Shown: positions 35,765 to 46,995, counted from the stretch's first letter. The stretch: DNA of 64,000 bases from Pseudomonadales bacterium (GCA_029941905.1 JAPYTQ010000029.1:1659-65658); one strand, 5' to 3'. Numbers and translations are program-made. Notes: a model not told the origin generated them from the sequence alone.

Positions 35765-38257
35765 ATGGCAGAGCAGAAGTACGACACACCCAAATACGAT
35801 CCTGTTTCAACAGAGAGGGATATCCAGCGCTATTGGGAAGAAAATGGCACCTTCGAGGTGAGTGAAAACAGCGCCAGGCCAAAATTCTACTGCCTGGCGA
35901 TGTTCCCCTATCCCAGTGGCCAGTTACATATGGGACACGTTCGCAACTTTACCCTTGGCGATGTGATTGCCCGATTCCAGCGCCTGCAGGGTAAAAATGT
36001 CTTAAACCCCATTGGCTGGGACGCCTTTGGTTTGCCTGCAGAAAATGCAGCAATCAAACATAACACTGCCCCCGCCAAATGGACGCATTCCAATATTGCC
36101 AACATGAAAAAGCAATTTAAAACCCTCGGTTATTCTTATGACTGGAGTAGAGAATTTGCCACCTGCGATCCAGAATACTATCGCTGGGAGCAATGGTTTT
36201 TTACCAGAATGTTCAACAAGGGCCTGGTTTACAAGAAAGCCGCCTGGGTTAATTGGGATCCTGTGGACAAGACCGTATTGGCCAATGAGCAGGTGATTAA
36301 TGGCAGGGGCTGGCGCTCGGATGCATTGGTGGAACGTAGGGAATTGTCGCAATGGTTCGTAAAAATTACTGATTACGCAGAAGAGCTGTTAAACAACCTT
36401 GATAAACTTGATGGCTGGCCAGAGAAGATCAAGACCATGCAACGAAACTGGATTGGTCGTTCTGAAGGGGTAGAAATGACATTCCCCCTGCACGCCGCTA
36501 TCAAAGACGCGGGTGACGGAGTGACCGTATACACCACCAGGCCGGATACATTGATGGGCGCAACCTATCTCGCGGTTGCCGCCCAACATCCAATAGCCAG
36601 GGCAGCGGCAGAAAACAGCAGCAAACTGGCTGATTTTCTCCAGCAATGCAACAAGGGCAAGGTGGCTGAAGCCGATATGGCGAAGATGGAAAAACTTGGC
36701 ATGGACACTGGGTTCATTGCTGAGCATCCATTGACGGGGAAGGATGTCCCCATCTGGGTGGCAAATTTTGTCCTGATGGAATACGGCTCAGGTGCGGTGA
36801 TGTCCGTGCCCGGGCACGATCAGAGAGATTGGGAGTTCGCTAAAAAATACGGGCTTGATATCGTCCAGGTGGTTGAACCGAGTGCCGATGGTGGTGAATC
36901 TGCCAATATAGCCGTCGAGGCTTATGTTTCCAAAAAAGGCGTACTGGTTAATTCAGGTGAATTCGATGGTCTTGACTTCAAGGCCGGCTTTGATGGCATT
37001 GCTGACGCCTTAAGTGCAAGGCACCTGGGCGAAAAGCGGGTGAACTATCGTTTGAGGGATTGGGGTGTTTCCCGGCAACGATACTGGGGTTGCCCTATAC
37101 CCATCGTGAATTGCGACAAGTGTGGTGCCGTTGCGGTGCCGGACGCGGACTTGCCTGTTGTTTTACCGCCGGATCTCGAGCTGGATGGCAGTGGTTCGCC
37201 ATTGAAAAAAATGCCCGAGTGGTACGAGACCCAGTGTCCTGACTGTGGTGGCAAAGCGATTCGTGAAACCGATACCTTCGACACTTTTATGGAGTCGTCA
37301 TGGTACTACGCGCGGTTTGCTTCAAGTAATTTTAATGAAGGTATGTTGGACGAGCGGGCAAAATACTGGACATCCGTGGATCATTATGTCGGTGGTGAGG
37401 AGCATGCGATTCTGCACTTATTGTATGCCCGGTTCTTCCACAAGGTGATGCGGGATGAAGGGATTGTTGAATCCGATGAACCTTTTACCCGATTGCTGGC
37501 GCTCGGGATGGTGTTGCAAGATGGTGTCAAGATGTCCAAATCTGCCGGTGATTCGGGTGATCCCCAACATTTGCTGGACAGATATGGCGCTGATGCGGTT
37601 CGCATGGCGATGATGTTTGCCGCGCCGCCGGAACATTCATTTGAATGGTCAGAACACGGCGTTGAATCAGCCAACCGCTGGCTCAGGAATCGCCTCTGGC
37701 ATGCGGTCGATGAACATTTACAAAGGGACAATGTGCCGGATTTGGATGTGGCTTCTTTATCGGATACACAAAAAGAGTTACGCCGACGGGTACACGAGAC
37801 CGTAGCGAAAGCAGGAGATGATTATGGTCGTCGTTTAAGCTTCAACACGGTCATTTCCTCGGTGATGTCATTGATGAACCATGTGGATAAATTTAAGGAC
37901 GATTCTCCCCAGGGAAATGCAGTAATCCACGAGGCACTCAATGCCGTGATAGTGATTATGTCTCCCATCACGCCCCATATTTCCCATGAACTCTGGCAGA
38001 AAATGAACGAAGGTAAATTCGAAGACGTCGAATGGTTGTCGGTGGATGAATCGGCTTTGGCAAAGACCGTCGTAGCCATGGTAGTCCAGGTTAATGGCAA
38101 ACTTCGTGGTAAATTCGAGATCGCTGCTGATGCGTCCAGGGATGAAATGGAAAAAGCCGCATTGAGTGTTGAGAATGTCGACAAGTTTATTGAGAATAAA
38201 ACCGTCAGAAAGGTCATCGTGGTCCCCAACAAGCTGGTTAACTTCGTGGTGTCCTGA
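35765..38257 (+). CDS. leuS: leucine--tRNA ligase
   Basis: HMGH (HIGH motif), KMSKS, and LeuRS-specific WGCPIP. Confidence 0.95.
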   Translation: MAEQKYDTPKYDPVSTERDIQRYWEENGTFEVSENSARPKFYCLAMFPYPSGQLHMGHVRNFTLGDVIARFQRLQGKNVLNPIGWDAFGLPAENAAIKHNTAPAKWTHSNIANMKKQFKTLGYSYDWSREFATCDPEYYRWEQWFFTRMFNKGLVYKKAAWVNWDPVDKTVLANEQVINGRGWRSDALVERRELSQWFVKITDYAEELLNNLDKLDGWPEKIKTMQRNWIGRSEGVEMTFPLHAAIKDAGDGVTVYTTRPDTLMGATYLAVAAQHPIARAAAENSSKLADFLQQCNKGKVAEADMAKMEKLGMDTGFIAEHPLTGKDVPIWVANFVLMEYGSGAVMSVPGHDQRDWEFAKKYGLDIVQVVEPSADGGESANIAVEAYVSKKGVLVNSGEFDGLDFKAGFDGIADALSARHLGEKRVNYRLRDWGVSRQRYWGCPIPIVNCDKCGAVAVPDADLPVVLPPDLELDGSGSPLKKMPEWYETQCPDCGGKAIRETDTFDTFMESSWYYARFASSNFNEGMLDERAKYWTSVDHYVGGEEHAILHLLYARFFHKVMRDEGIVESDEPFTRLLALGMVLQDGVKMSKSAGDSGDPQHLLDRYGADAVRMAMMFAAPPEHSFEWSEHGVESANRWLRNRLWHAVDEHLQRDNVPDLDVASLSDTQKELRRRVHETVAKAGDDYGRRLSFNTVISSVMSLMNHVDKFKDDSPQGNAVIHEALNAVIVIMSPITPHISHELWQKMNEGKFEDVEWLSVDESALAKTVVAMVVQVNGKLRGKFEIAADASRDEMEKAALSVENVDKFIENKTVRKVIVVPNKLVNFVVS

Positions 38258-38799
38258 TGGGGTTTTTTTTGTTCCGAACGCGAGCCAGGTTCCATCTTTG
38301 TCTACTGTTGGTGCTGATTCCCAGTCTGTCGGGTTGCGGTTTCCATCTCCGAACCATAGAGGGCTTCAACCTCGATGTGGAATCGGTACACATCTCGGCG
38401 ACGAATGCCTATGGTGAATTTTTACGTGAACTTGAGCGGATTCTCTCGGTCCAGGGAGTTAAGATCGCGCCTAAATCCAGTGCGGAATATACGATCCATA
38501 TCAGCTCCGAACAAAGGTCTCGTCGACCGGTGTCCACCTCCGCCGATATCAGTGTGTCGGAATATGAACTGAGGCTTGAAACGGTTTTTGAAGTTGCCGG
38601 GCAAGACGGTAAAGTTTTAATTGAACCAACCATGATCGTGACGGAGAAAATCTATAGTTTCGATAGATCCAGCTTCATCGGAAGCTCCGAAGAGGAAAAA
38701 AGGCTCGTCGAAGAAATGCGAAGGGATATCGCCGGGCAGCTCCTGCGTCGATTTAATGCCAGTTTAAGAAATATTCAAAGTACTGCAGCAATTCGTTGA
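38257..38799 (+). CDS. lptE: LPS-assembly lipoprotein LptE
   Basis: Lipobox LSGCGFHLR. ATG overlaps the leuS TGA (TGATG). Conserved leuS-lptE-holA order. Confidence 0.75.
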   Translation: MGFFLFRTRARFHLCLLLVLIPSLSGCGFHLRTIEGFNLDVESVHISATNAYGEFLRELERILSVQGVKIAPKSSAEYTIHISSEQRSRRPVSTSADISVSEYELRLETVFEVAGQDGKVLIEPTMIVTEKIYSFDRSSFIGSSEEEKRLVEEMRRDIAGQLLRRFNASLRNIQSTAAIR

Positions 38800-38818
38800 A
38801 GGAAAAGTACTGAAGTAG

Positions 38819-39826
38819 ATGAAAGTATACCCAGAAAAACTTGTCGCACAGCTCAGCAGGCATGCCGCTCCCATCTATATTGTCAGCGGCGACGAACCGC
38901 TGCTGGTGCAGGAAAGCTGCGACCTTATTCGGGAGAATTTAAGAACGAGAGGTTTTACGGAACGCGAATTATTTCATGTCGAAGGTTCATTCAAATGGGA
39001 GGAAGTCCTGTTTTCGGCCAATTCCATGAGTTTGTTCGCCGAGCAGAAACTGCTGGAATTGAGAATCCCAGGTGGGAAGCCCGGGACGCAAGGCGCAAAA
39101 GCCCTGTTGACGTTTATCGAAAACCCGACCGCCGATACCGTCATGTTAGTGGTTTTGCCCAGGCTGGATGCGAACAGTCAGCGTTCGAAGTGGTTCAAGT
39201 CACTCGAATCTGCCGGAATGTTTGTCCAGGTCTGGCCTATCGAAGTCGCGCAGTTGCCAGGATGGATCAATGAGCGTTTTCGCAAAGTGGGGCTTAATGC
39301 TTCCCGGGATGCGGTGATGGCACTGATTGAGAGAATTGAGGGCAACCTCCTGGCCGCAGTACAGGAGATTGAGCGGATCAGGTTGATAGTGCCCGATAAT
39401 ACCGTCGATGTGGATCTCATTGTTGAGGGTGTTTCTGACAGTGCCCGGTATGATGTCTTTGGCTTGATTGATGCCTCAGTCGGCCAGGACGCAGCCCGGT
39501 CTGTAAAAATAGTGCGGGGTTTGTGTACAGAAAACAATGACATCCTGTATATAAGCGCAATGGTGGCGAGAGAGTTGAGAAGTCTCGTGGTCATGGCGCA
39601 TGCTGTTTCACGCGGCCAGAATATCGATACCGTGATAAAAAGTAACAGGATATGGCAGAAGCGCCGAGCGACAGTCAGGCTATGCCTGCAACGACAAAAA
39701 CCCGACCTGCTCCAGCAATGCCTGCGTCAGCTAGGCAAAATCGACCGGCAGGTAAAGGGCATTCAGCAGGGAAATCCCTGGGATGAACTTGAAAGCCTTA
39801 TGCTGCGACTTGCCGGAGTGACCTAG
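38819..39826 (+). CDS. holA: DNA polymerase III subunit delta
   Basis: N-terminus YIVSGDEPLL, about 335 aa, in the conserved position. Confidence 0.8.
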   Translation: MKVYPEKLVAQLSRHAAPIYIVSGDEPLLVQESCDLIRENLRTRGFTERELFHVEGSFKWEEVLFSANSMSLFAEQKLLELRIPGGKPGTQGAKALLTFIENPTADTVMLVVLPRLDANSQRSKWFKSLESAGMFVQVWPIEVAQLPGWINERFRKVGLNASRDAVMALIERIEGNLLAAVQEIERIRLIVPDNTVDVDLIVEGVSDSARYDVFGLIDASVGQDAARSVKIVRGLCTENNDILYISAMVARELRSLVVMAHAVSRGQNIDTVIKSNRIWQKRRATVRLCLQRQKPDLLQQCLRQLGKIDRQVKGIQQGNPWDELESLMLRLAGVT

Positions 39827-40021
39827 CCATTGGATTGCGACCGATTAACGTCGATTCCCGCAGGAAATCCAAGTCAGACTTCAATTCCGGGAGCAATAAC
39901 GATATCCTTCCCCCTCGCTCCGCTGCAACACCGATTTTGCGCTGATTTGTCAGTCTCTAGTCTCTCAATTGAAGTCAGATGGCGTGGTATTACAAATTCT
40001 TTTCATTAGGCAACCGTAGTA

Positions 40022-41002
40022 ATGACACAGCAAGGCAATGCGTTAGAAGGGTTAGGTATTCCGGATACTCAAGTTGATGTTGGGGAAACATTTGGCCTTG
40101 ATATAGACCTGAAAGTACCCGCATTTTCGGTACGGTCTGACCATGTCCCACAACTTGATGACAGCTATCTGTTTAATCATGAGACGACACTCGCAATCCT
40201 CGCGGGTTTTGCCCATAACCGTCGAGTGATGATTCAGGGCTATCACGGCACTGGTAAATCCACTCATATTGAACAGGTTGCCGCCCGGCTGAACTGGCCT
40301 TGCATCCGAATCAACCTTGATAGTCATATCAGCCGTATGGATCTGATCGGTAAAGATGCCATCGTGTTACAGGATGGTCAGCAGGTTACGGAATTCAGGG
40401 AAGGTCTGTTGCCCTGGTCATTGCAGCGTGCTTGTGCCCTGGTCTTTGATGAATATGACGCCGGTCGTCCCGATGTGATGTTTGTCATTCAGCGTGTGCT
40501 CGAGGTTGAGGGTAAGCTGACTTTGTTGGACCAGAGCAAGGTCATTAGTCCTCATCCGTCGTTTCGGCTGTTTTCTACCACCAATACTATTGGCCTGGGG
40601 GATCCGAGCGGTTTGTATCACGGCACCCAGCAAATTAACCAGGGCCAGATGGACAGGTGGAGTGTTGTCACAACATTAAATTACCTGCCTCATGAGCAGG
40701 AAACGGATATTGTGGGTGCAAAGATCCCTGATATCGACCGAAAAAAGCTCTCAAATATGGTCTCGGTCGCCGACCTGACACGGCAAGGCTTTATCAATGG
40801 CGACATTTCAATTGTGATGTCACCCAGAACGGTCATTATGTGGGCAGAAAATGCGAAAATTTTCAACGATTACGGATTCGCATTCAGACTGACCTTTTTG
40901 AACAAGTGCGATGAAACCGAGAGGTCCATTGTCGCCGAGTACTATCAGCGTTGTATGGGTGAAGACCTGCCTGAGTCGAGTTCGAAAGTGGTTCTGGCGT
41001 AG
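40022..41002 (+). CDS. CobS-like AAA+ ATPase
   Basis: [31 protein letters not shown] and [10 protein letters not shown] resemble the cobaltochelatase CobS family. Confidence 0.8.
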   Translation: MTQQGNALEGLGIPDTQVDVGETFGLDIDLKVPAFSVRSDHVPQLDDSYLFNHETTLAILAGFAHNRRVMIQGYHGTGKSTHIEQVAARLNWPCIRINLDSHISRMDLIGKDAIVLQDGQQVTEFREGLLPWSLQRACALVFDEYDAGRPDVMFVIQRVLEVEGKLTLLDQSKVISPHPSFRLFSTTNTIGLGDPSGLYHGTQQINQGQMDRWSVVTTLNYLPHEQETDIVGAKIPDIDRKKLSNMVSVADLTRQGFINGDISIVMSPRTVIMWAENAKIFNDYGFAFRLTFLNKCDETERSIVAEYYQRCMGEDLPESSSKVVLA

Positions 41003-41043
41003 GAGGCTGAGCAAGCAGCCTCCAGCACTGTGGGTGGGAGCAG

Positions 41044-42888
41044 ATGGTGTCGCAATTGGATGATCAGACAGAAGTATTTAAGCAGGCAGTCACTTCAACG
41101 ATGCGGGCAATCTCCGGCAATGATGAACTGAACGTCAGCTTTGGTCGCGGCAAAGCCTATATTCAGGGTGATCGTGCGCGCGTGCCATTACCCGAAGGTG
41201 GTTTGAGCCAGGAGCAACTGGCAGCGTTAAGGGGCACCTCCGATAAATTTGCCTTGCAGGTAAGATTCCATGACGATGTAAAACATCGAAAAAACCGCCC
41301 CTCCACCGGCATTGCGCAGGAGGTTTTTGACTATGTTGAAGAAGCCCGGGTTGCGACCATAGGGTCGTACCTGATGCGGGGCGTACAGGATAATCTCAAC
41401 GCGCAACTCGAACAGCACTGTGTCAATCATGACTATGCAGCGGCGCATGATCAGTCCCAGGCGCCTCTGGGTGAAGCTGCAGGTCTCTATATTCGTGAGA
41501 AACTTGGTATTCCCTTACCACCAACAGCGGAACATCTACTGGGTCTGTGGCGTGATCACATTGACAAGCAAATCGGTAATCACCTGGATCACCTCGAAGA
41601 TGTGATCTTTGATCAGCAAGAATTTTCCAGGTTCTCGCGGCAGCTGATTTCCGATCTTGGTCTGGCAGAAGAGTGGGGTGAGGAGAGTGCTGACGGCGAA
41701 GCTGACGATGCGGAGCAGCAAGAACAGGAAATGGAGTCAGAGGCCGGTGACGAGGCTTCGGACCAGGAAATGTCCGGCGATGCCGATATGGCTGATGCCA
41801 TCGAAGGTGAAGTGCCTGTCGATGTTGATGCGATGGATATGGCAGAAGCCGAAGGTGACCAGGATGAAGCGGGTGGTCCTCCGGACAGCTTGATGGATGC
41901 AAACTGGATGCGCCCGAAAGAAAGCCTCTACAAGCCCTTTACCGCCAAGTTTGACGAGATTGTATTTGCGGACGAAATGTGTGAACCCGCAGAACTCGAT
42001 CGGTTGCGAGGCGTGCTTGACAAGCATCTGCAGAATTCACAAATTGTTATCAGCAAGCTCGCGAACAGACTGCAGCGCAAACTAATGGCGAAACAAAACA
42101 GGACCTGGCATTTCGACCTGGAGGAAGGCGTGTTGGACACGTCGCGACTGACTAATGTCATTATGGATCCTTTTCAGCCATTGGCATTTAAACAAGAGAA
42201 AGATACCAATTTTCGCGACACGATTGTTTCGTTACTTATCGACAGCTCTGGCTCGATGCGTGGTCGGTCAATTACTATTGCGGCGATGTGCGCAGACATT
42301 TTAGGGCGCACACTGGAGCGTTGTGCCGTCAAAGTTGAAATATTGGGGTTCACGACCCGAGCCTGGCGTGGTGGTCAATCGCGGGAATTGTGGCTGCAGC
42401 AGGGGAAACCCGCACAACCCGGAAGACTCAATGACCTGCGTCATATCATCTACAAAGCGGCAGATATGCCCTGGCGCCGGTCAAGACGCAACCTGGGTCT
42501 GATGATGCGGGAAGAACTGCTTAAAGAAAATATCGATGGTGAAGCACTGTTGTGGGCCCATAATCGAATCGTTGGGAGAAATGAGGACCGGAAAATTCTC
42601 ATGGTAATCTCTGATGGCCTGCCAGTTGATAACAGCACATTGCTGGTGAATCCGAGCAACTACCTTGAACAACACCTGAAATTCGCCATTGACAGAATCG
42701 AAAACCAATCCCCTGTCGAACTGGTGGCGATAGGTATTGGCCATGATGTTACACACCACTACCGCCGTGCTGTGACGATCACTGATGCAGAACAGTTGGG
42801 TGATGCCATGACCGATCAGCTGGTCGATCTGTTCGATGAGGAGTCGAATCGTAATCTCCCTGCCGTCAGAGCTGTAGAGATTGCATAA
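41044..42888 (+). CDS. CobT-like vWA-domain protein
   Basis: Central poly-acidic linker and a C-terminal vWA with a DSSGSM MIDAS motif. Pairs with the CobS-like gene. Confidence 0.75.
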   Translation: MVSQLDDQTEVFKQAVTSTMRAISGNDELNVSFGRGKAYIQGDRARVPLPEGGLSQEQLAALRGTSDKFALQVRFHDDVKHRKNRPSTGIAQEVFDYVEEARVATIGSYLMRGVQDNLNAQLEQHCVNHDYAAAHDQSQAPLGEAAGLYIREKLGIPLPPTAEHLLGLWRDHIDKQIGNHLDHLEDVIFDQQEFSRFSRQLISDLGLAEEWGEESADGEADDAEQQEQEMESEAGDEASDQEMSGDADMADAIEGEVPVDVDAMDMAEAEGDQDEAGGPPDSLMDANWMRPKESLYKPFTAKFDEIVFADEMCEPAELDRLRGVLDKHLQNSQIVISKLANRLQRKLMAKQNRTWHFDLEEGVLDTSRLTNVIMDPFQPLAFKQEKDTNFRDTIVSLLIDSSGSMRGRSITIAAMCADILGRTLERCAVKVEILGFTTRAWRGGQSRELWLQQGKPAQPGRLNDLRHIIYKAADMPWRRSRRNLGLMMREELLKENIDGEALLWAHNRIVGRNEDRKILMVISDGLPVDNSTLLVNPSNYLEQHLKFAIDRIENQSPVELVAIGIGHDVTHHYRRAVTITDAEQLGDAMTDQLVDLFDEESNRNLPAVRAVEIA

Positions 42889-42960
42889 CCGGCATTTTGT
42901 CCGGTAGGCTTCCATGTTGCATAGGTCGTTTGCGGTCTATGAAGCTGTCTATACAAGATT

Positions 42961-43506
42961 ATGCATAGAAATAAAATCCTGGCTCTTTTCAAAATCTACG
43001 CCCGTCGTCATCCTGATGAATCCGCCGTGGTTGAACGAATAACTTCGTTTGTCAACGCACAACCGGAATGTTTCAGGCGTGATCTGGCAATAGGGCATAT
43101 TACGGGCTCAGCCTGGGTTATGGATACCACGGGAACCCGGGTGCTGTTAACCCATCACAAAAAACTCAACATCTGGGTACAACTTGGTGGTCATGCTGAT
43201 GGTGACTCAGAAGTTGACCGGGTGGCCTATCGTGAAGCTGAAGAAGAATCAGGGTTGCTCAATTTACATTTTCTCAGCGATGAACTGTTTGATGTAGATA
43301 TTCATCAGATCCCTTCCAGGGGCAGCGAAGCCGAGCACTATCATTATGATTGCAGATTCGTGTTTAAGGCAGTGGATGATAATTATATTGTGAGCGATGA
43401 ATCTTACGATCTTGCCTGGGTTGAGCTGGATGACGTGCGAAGTGTCACCAGTGAAGCGTCGATCTTACGAATGGTTGAAAAAACCAGGCTGCTGTCGTCC
43501 AGTTGA
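42961..43506 (+). CDS. NUDIX hydrolase
   Basis: Nudix box GGHADGDSEVDRVAYREAEEESGL. Confidence 0.75.
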   Translation: MHRNKILALFKIYARRHPDESAVVERITSFVNAQPECFRRDLAIGHITGSAWVMDTTGTRVLLTHHKKLNIWVQLGGHADGDSEVDRVAYREAEEESGLLNLHFLSDELFDVDIHQIPSRGSEAEHYHYDCRFVFKAVDDNYIVSDESYDLAWVELDDVRSVTSEASILRMVEKTRLLSSS

Positions 43507-43597
43507 CATGAAAGCATACACCCGGGCTCGGCGCCCCCGCGAAACAACCCTGAGTCTTTAAGTTTCGTGAGTCGATGTGAAAATGCTCTAATGTCGA

Positions 43598-44548
43598 CTA
43601 CCTAAATAAATGGCATGAAACGGTATGTTTGTCACTTATAATTGTGACTTCTGGCGTTTCAGTGCGACACTCCGTCAGAGCCTTCGGGCAACGGTCGGAA
43701 AAGCGACATCCGGGTTGCACATTTACGGGTGAAGTAATCTCCCCTTTGATAGGAGTATGAGCCCGGGCGCGTTCAACAACAGGATCAGGTTCCGGATTCG
43801 ATTCAATCAACAGCTGTGTGTATGGATGCTGGGGATTGAAGAAGACCTCATCAGCCGGCCCACTTTCGACTAACGAGCCCAGGTACATCACTGCCATGCG
43901 ATCAGAAACGTATCGCACCATCGAAAGGTCATGGGCGATGAATAGCAAGGTCAGACCTAATGATTGCTTCAGTTCTTCCAGCAGATTAACCACCTGCGCT
44001 TGAACCGAAACGTCCAGCGCGGAAATCGGTTCGTCACAGACGACAAACTTGGGTTTGATAATCATTGCCCTGGCTATGCCGATCCGTTGGCGTTGACCAC
44101 CGGAAAATTCATGCGGGTATCGTGACATATGATCTGCATTTAAACCCACACTGTTTAACCAGCCAGCGACTTCTTCCCTGATTTGACTGCGGCTATGCTG
44201 ACTCTGGATATGTAATCCTTCACCAACAATATCGAGTACCGTCATCCTCGGATTGAGGGAGGAGTAAGGGTCCTGGAAGATCATCTGCAGCTCTCTTGAG
44301 TATTTGAGATGATCCTGAGTGCTGAATTTCGGGGGCAGCTCTGCTCCCTTGTAGTAGGCAGTCCCTGCGGTTCTTGGCAGCAATCCAATTAACGTTTTGC
44401 CGAAAGTTGATTTACCGGAACCACTCTCGCCAACAAGACCCAGGATCTCGTTTTCAGCTATCTCCAGTGAAATGCCATCTACTGCATGTAAAAGCTGGTT
44501 GCGTCCGATAGGGAAGAACTTTTTCAGATTATCAGTCCTAACCAGCAT
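43598..44548 (-). CDS. peptide ABC transporter ATP-binding protein (OppF/DppF-like)
   Basis: Walker A GESGSGKST, signature FSGGQRQR, Walker B, and a C-terminal oligopeptide-type Cys-rich extension. Confidence 0.85.
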   Translation of the reverse strand: MLVRTDNLKKFFPIGRNQLLHAVDGISLEIAENEILGLVGESGSGKSTFGKTLIGLLPRTAGTAYYKGAELPPKFSTQDHLKYSRELQMIFQDPYSSLNPRMTVLDIVGEGLHIQSQHSRSQIREEVAGWLNSVGLNADHMSRYPHEFSGGQRQRIGIARAMIIKPKFVVCDEPISALDVSVQAQVVNLLEELKQSLGLTLLFIAHDLSMVRYVSDRMAVMYLGSLVESGPADEVFFNPQHPYTQLLIESNPEPDPVVERARAHTPIKGEITSPVNVQPGCRFSDRCPKALTECRTETPEVTIISDKHTVSCHLFR

Positions 44549-45569
44549 GGGAATACCTCGCCTGGAACAGGTCTTTCACCCGGGGCGAATCATTATGCTG
44601 CAACCAACAGCGTGAATAGTGGCCTGTGTCCGATGTGATGACAAATTCATCGGGCATATGTTTTTCACAGAGCTGCATCGAGTGTGGGCAACGGGCAAAG
44701 TATCCACAACCTTGTGGAGGTGCAAACAGGTCCGGGGGGTTGCCGTCGATGGGGGTTAGCTTCTTTGACCGGTCGTCTCGATTTGAAGGCATTGCATCCT
44801 TGAGTCCCAGGGTATAGGGATGTGCGGAGTGATAGAAAATCTCGTCGACGCTGCCCTTCTCCACAACCTGACCCGCATACATCACCGCCACCTGATCAGC
44901 CATTTTTGCAACTACCGCCAGGTCGTGAGTGATCAGGATAATTGACATGTGTTCAGTGCGCTGTAGTTCTGACATTAGCTCAAGGATCTGCGCCTGAATA
45001 GTGACGTCCAGCGCCGTAGTCGGCTCGTCGGCAATCAACAGGGAAGGGCTACAGGCCAGACTCTGGGCAATCATCGCTCTTTGCAACATGCCGCCGGAAA
45101 ATTCGAAAGGATATTGTCTGGCTCTTTTTGCGGCCTCGGATATGTGGGTTTTTTCAAGAAGCTCAACGGCTCGTTTAAATGCTTCTTTACGGCTTACATT
45201 TCTGTGTACCATCAGGGTTTCTGAAATCTGGTCACCAATTGACATGGTTGGGTTCAGTGAGGTCATCGGGTCTTGAAATATCATTCCGATCTCAACGCCC
45301 CTGAACTTGTTAGCTTCCCTGGCATCCAGGCCGAGAATATTCTTGCCGTTGAGCTTGGCTGTACCGCCGGTGATTTTGCCCGGTGGTATGGGGATAAGGC
45401 CCATAATTGCCTGAACTGATACGGACTTGCCGCATCCGGACTCACCGACGATCGCCAGGGTTTCGCCCCGGTTAACGGAAAAGCTGACGCCTCGCACAGC
45501 TTTAACGTTGCCACCATAAGTCGCAAACTCGACGCTGAGGTCTTGTACTTCTAAAATGGGTTGCGTCAT
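44538..45569 (-). CDS. peptide ABC transporter ATP-binding protein (OppD/DppD-like)
   Basis: GESGCGKSV, FSGGMLQR, and LIADEPTTALD. Confidence 0.85.
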   Translation of the reverse strand: MTQPILEVQDLSVEFATYGGNVKAVRGVSFSVNRGETLAIVGESGCGKSVSVQAIMGLIPIPPGKITGGTAKLNGKNILGLDAREANKFRGVEIGMIFQDPMTSLNPTMSIGDQISETLMVHRNVSRKEAFKRAVELLEKTHISEAAKRARQYPFEFSGGMLQRAMIAQSLACSPSLLIADEPTTALDVTIQAQILELMSELQRTEHMSIILITHDLAVVAKMADQVAVMYAGQVVEKGSVDEIFYHSAHPYTLGLKDAMPSNRDDRSKKLTPIDGNPPDLFAPPQGCGYFARCPHSMQLCEKHMPDEFVITSDTGHYSRCWLQHNDSPRVKDLFQARYSHAG

Positions 45570-45573
45570 TTCA

Positions 45574-46986
45574 CTATTCCTTGGATCGCATTTTCGAGTC
45601 CAGGGCTTCCGTTAAGCCGTCACCCAGAAGATTGAAGGCAAGAACAGTGATACTGATAAACAGGGCTGGAAAAATCAGTTCATGGGGATGTGACAACATC
45701 GTTTTCACCCCTTCATTACACATTGAGCCCCAGGAAGGCGTGGGAGGCGCAACACCCATGCCGATAAACGACAGAAATGCTTCGGTGAAAATTGCCGCAG
45801 GGACCGCGAACGTCAGGGTGACCAGAATAACACCCATGGTGTTTGGGATAATATGCCTGAGAATCAGGTAGTGATTCTTTGCACCTAACAATCTGGCCGC
45901 TTCAATAAAGCCCTGTTCCCTGATTTGCAGTACCTGCCCTCGAACCAAACGGGCGGTGGCCGGCCAGGCCAGCAGCACCAAGGCAATCAGCATGGGCATG
46001 ATGCCACTTTCGCCGGGCCCAATACCGAAGCCAATTTTGAACAGGATAATAAAAAGCAGGAATGGCAGCGCGACCACAAAGTCAGCAAAACGCATCAGGA
46101 ACACATCCACCTTACCGCCGAAATAACCGGCACAACCACCATAGGCGATACCAAACAGCACGTACAATAACGGTGCGACGATGCCAATAAATAATGAGAC
46201 TCGTGCACCCTGCATGAGTCGGGCGAGCATATCGCGGCCCAGGTAATCGGTGCCGAAGGGATGGAACTCCAGGCGTATTTTGTCGCCCGTTACCCGGTCG
46301 CCGTTATCAGTTAGTCCACGGCCACGAGCTTCCTCCAGGGTGATGGTTAACACCGGCAAGACTTTCAAGGTTGTATAGGTGTCTGACTCGTCAAAACCGT
46401 CAGTGGGGACGATTGAATAGTAATAGTCCCTGGCTTCCAGGTTCAGTCGGTCCTCATAACTCACCTCGTTTCCGGCGAGCGTTGTACCCAGGGGTAAGCC
46501 CAGGTCGTTGATACTCTCCGGTTGATGCTGATTCCGGTATACGCCGTATCCTCCCGCGCCGTGCATCGGATCCCAAACCAGCCGCACTCTCTGGGTAGTC
46601 GCCTTGCTGCTGAGGCGCAGATTTTTTGGAGCTGGAATGATATCAAGATAATCATCCGGTACCGCGGGGAAGTCTTCAATAACAACTCCCTGCCAACGTT
46701 CGTATGGGGCAACTAGAAGTGCCTGTTTGGGAAAAGATGGCATCTGAGATATCTGGTTCAGGTCCTGCAGGGCGGGATCGGCTGTCCAGAGGAAAGGCCC
46801 AGCCAGCGTGAAGAAAGCCAGGCCGATGATGATGTACAGGGAGATAAGTGCCCGGGTATTTTTCTTCAGTCGAATCCACGCGTCCTGCCAGTAGGAGAGC
46901 GACGGCCGAGAGATCTGCTCAACCTGCTGTTCAAGCTCGACGAACTGAAAATCGTCCTCTGATGGTGAATAAGCGTCTGCAGTCAT
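45574..46986 (-). CDS. peptide ABC transporter permease (OppC/DppC-like) with an enlarged periplasmic loop
   Basis: GTDYLGRDMLARL and the EAA-loop region (EAARLLGA) are typical. There are about 130 extra residues between TM1 and the GTD motif. Confidence 0.8.
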   Translation of the reverse strand: MTADAYSPSEDDFQFVELEQQVEQISRPSLSYWQDAWIRLKKNTRALISLYIIIGLAFFTLAGPFLWTADPALQDLNQISQMPSFPKQALLVAPYERWQGVVIEDFPAVPDDYLDIIPAPKNLRLSSKATTQRVRLVWDPMHGAGGYGVYRNQHQPESINDLGLPLGTTLAGNEVSYEDRLNLEARDYYYSIVPTDGFDESDTYTTLKVLPVLTITLEEARGRGLTDNGDRVTGDKIRLEFHPFGTDYLGRDMLARLMQGARVSLFIGIVAPLLYVLFGIAYGGCAGYFGGKVDVFLMRFADFVVALPFLLFIILFKIGFGIGPGESGIMPMLIALVLLAWPATARLVRGQVLQIREQGFIEAARLLGAKNHYLILRHIIPNTMGVILVTLTFAVPAAIFTEAFLSFIGMGVAPPTPSWGSMCNEGVKTMLSHPHELIFPALFISITVLAFNLLGDGLTEALDSKMRSKE

Positions 46987-46995
46987 AGAAATGCC

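Noticed and set aside
39871-39886. CTTCAAT, resembling a tRNA-Sec anticodon loop (UCA), in the holA-cobS intergenic region.
   Set aside because: The flanking bases do not form an anticodon stem on either strand, and no acceptor or T-arm could be built. It is not a tRNA.
41423-41902. A His/Pro/Arg-rich 159-aa ORF on the minus strand.
   Set aside because: It is the antisense reading of the GA-rich codons that encode the poly-acidic linker of the CobT-like protein. This is a compositional artefact.
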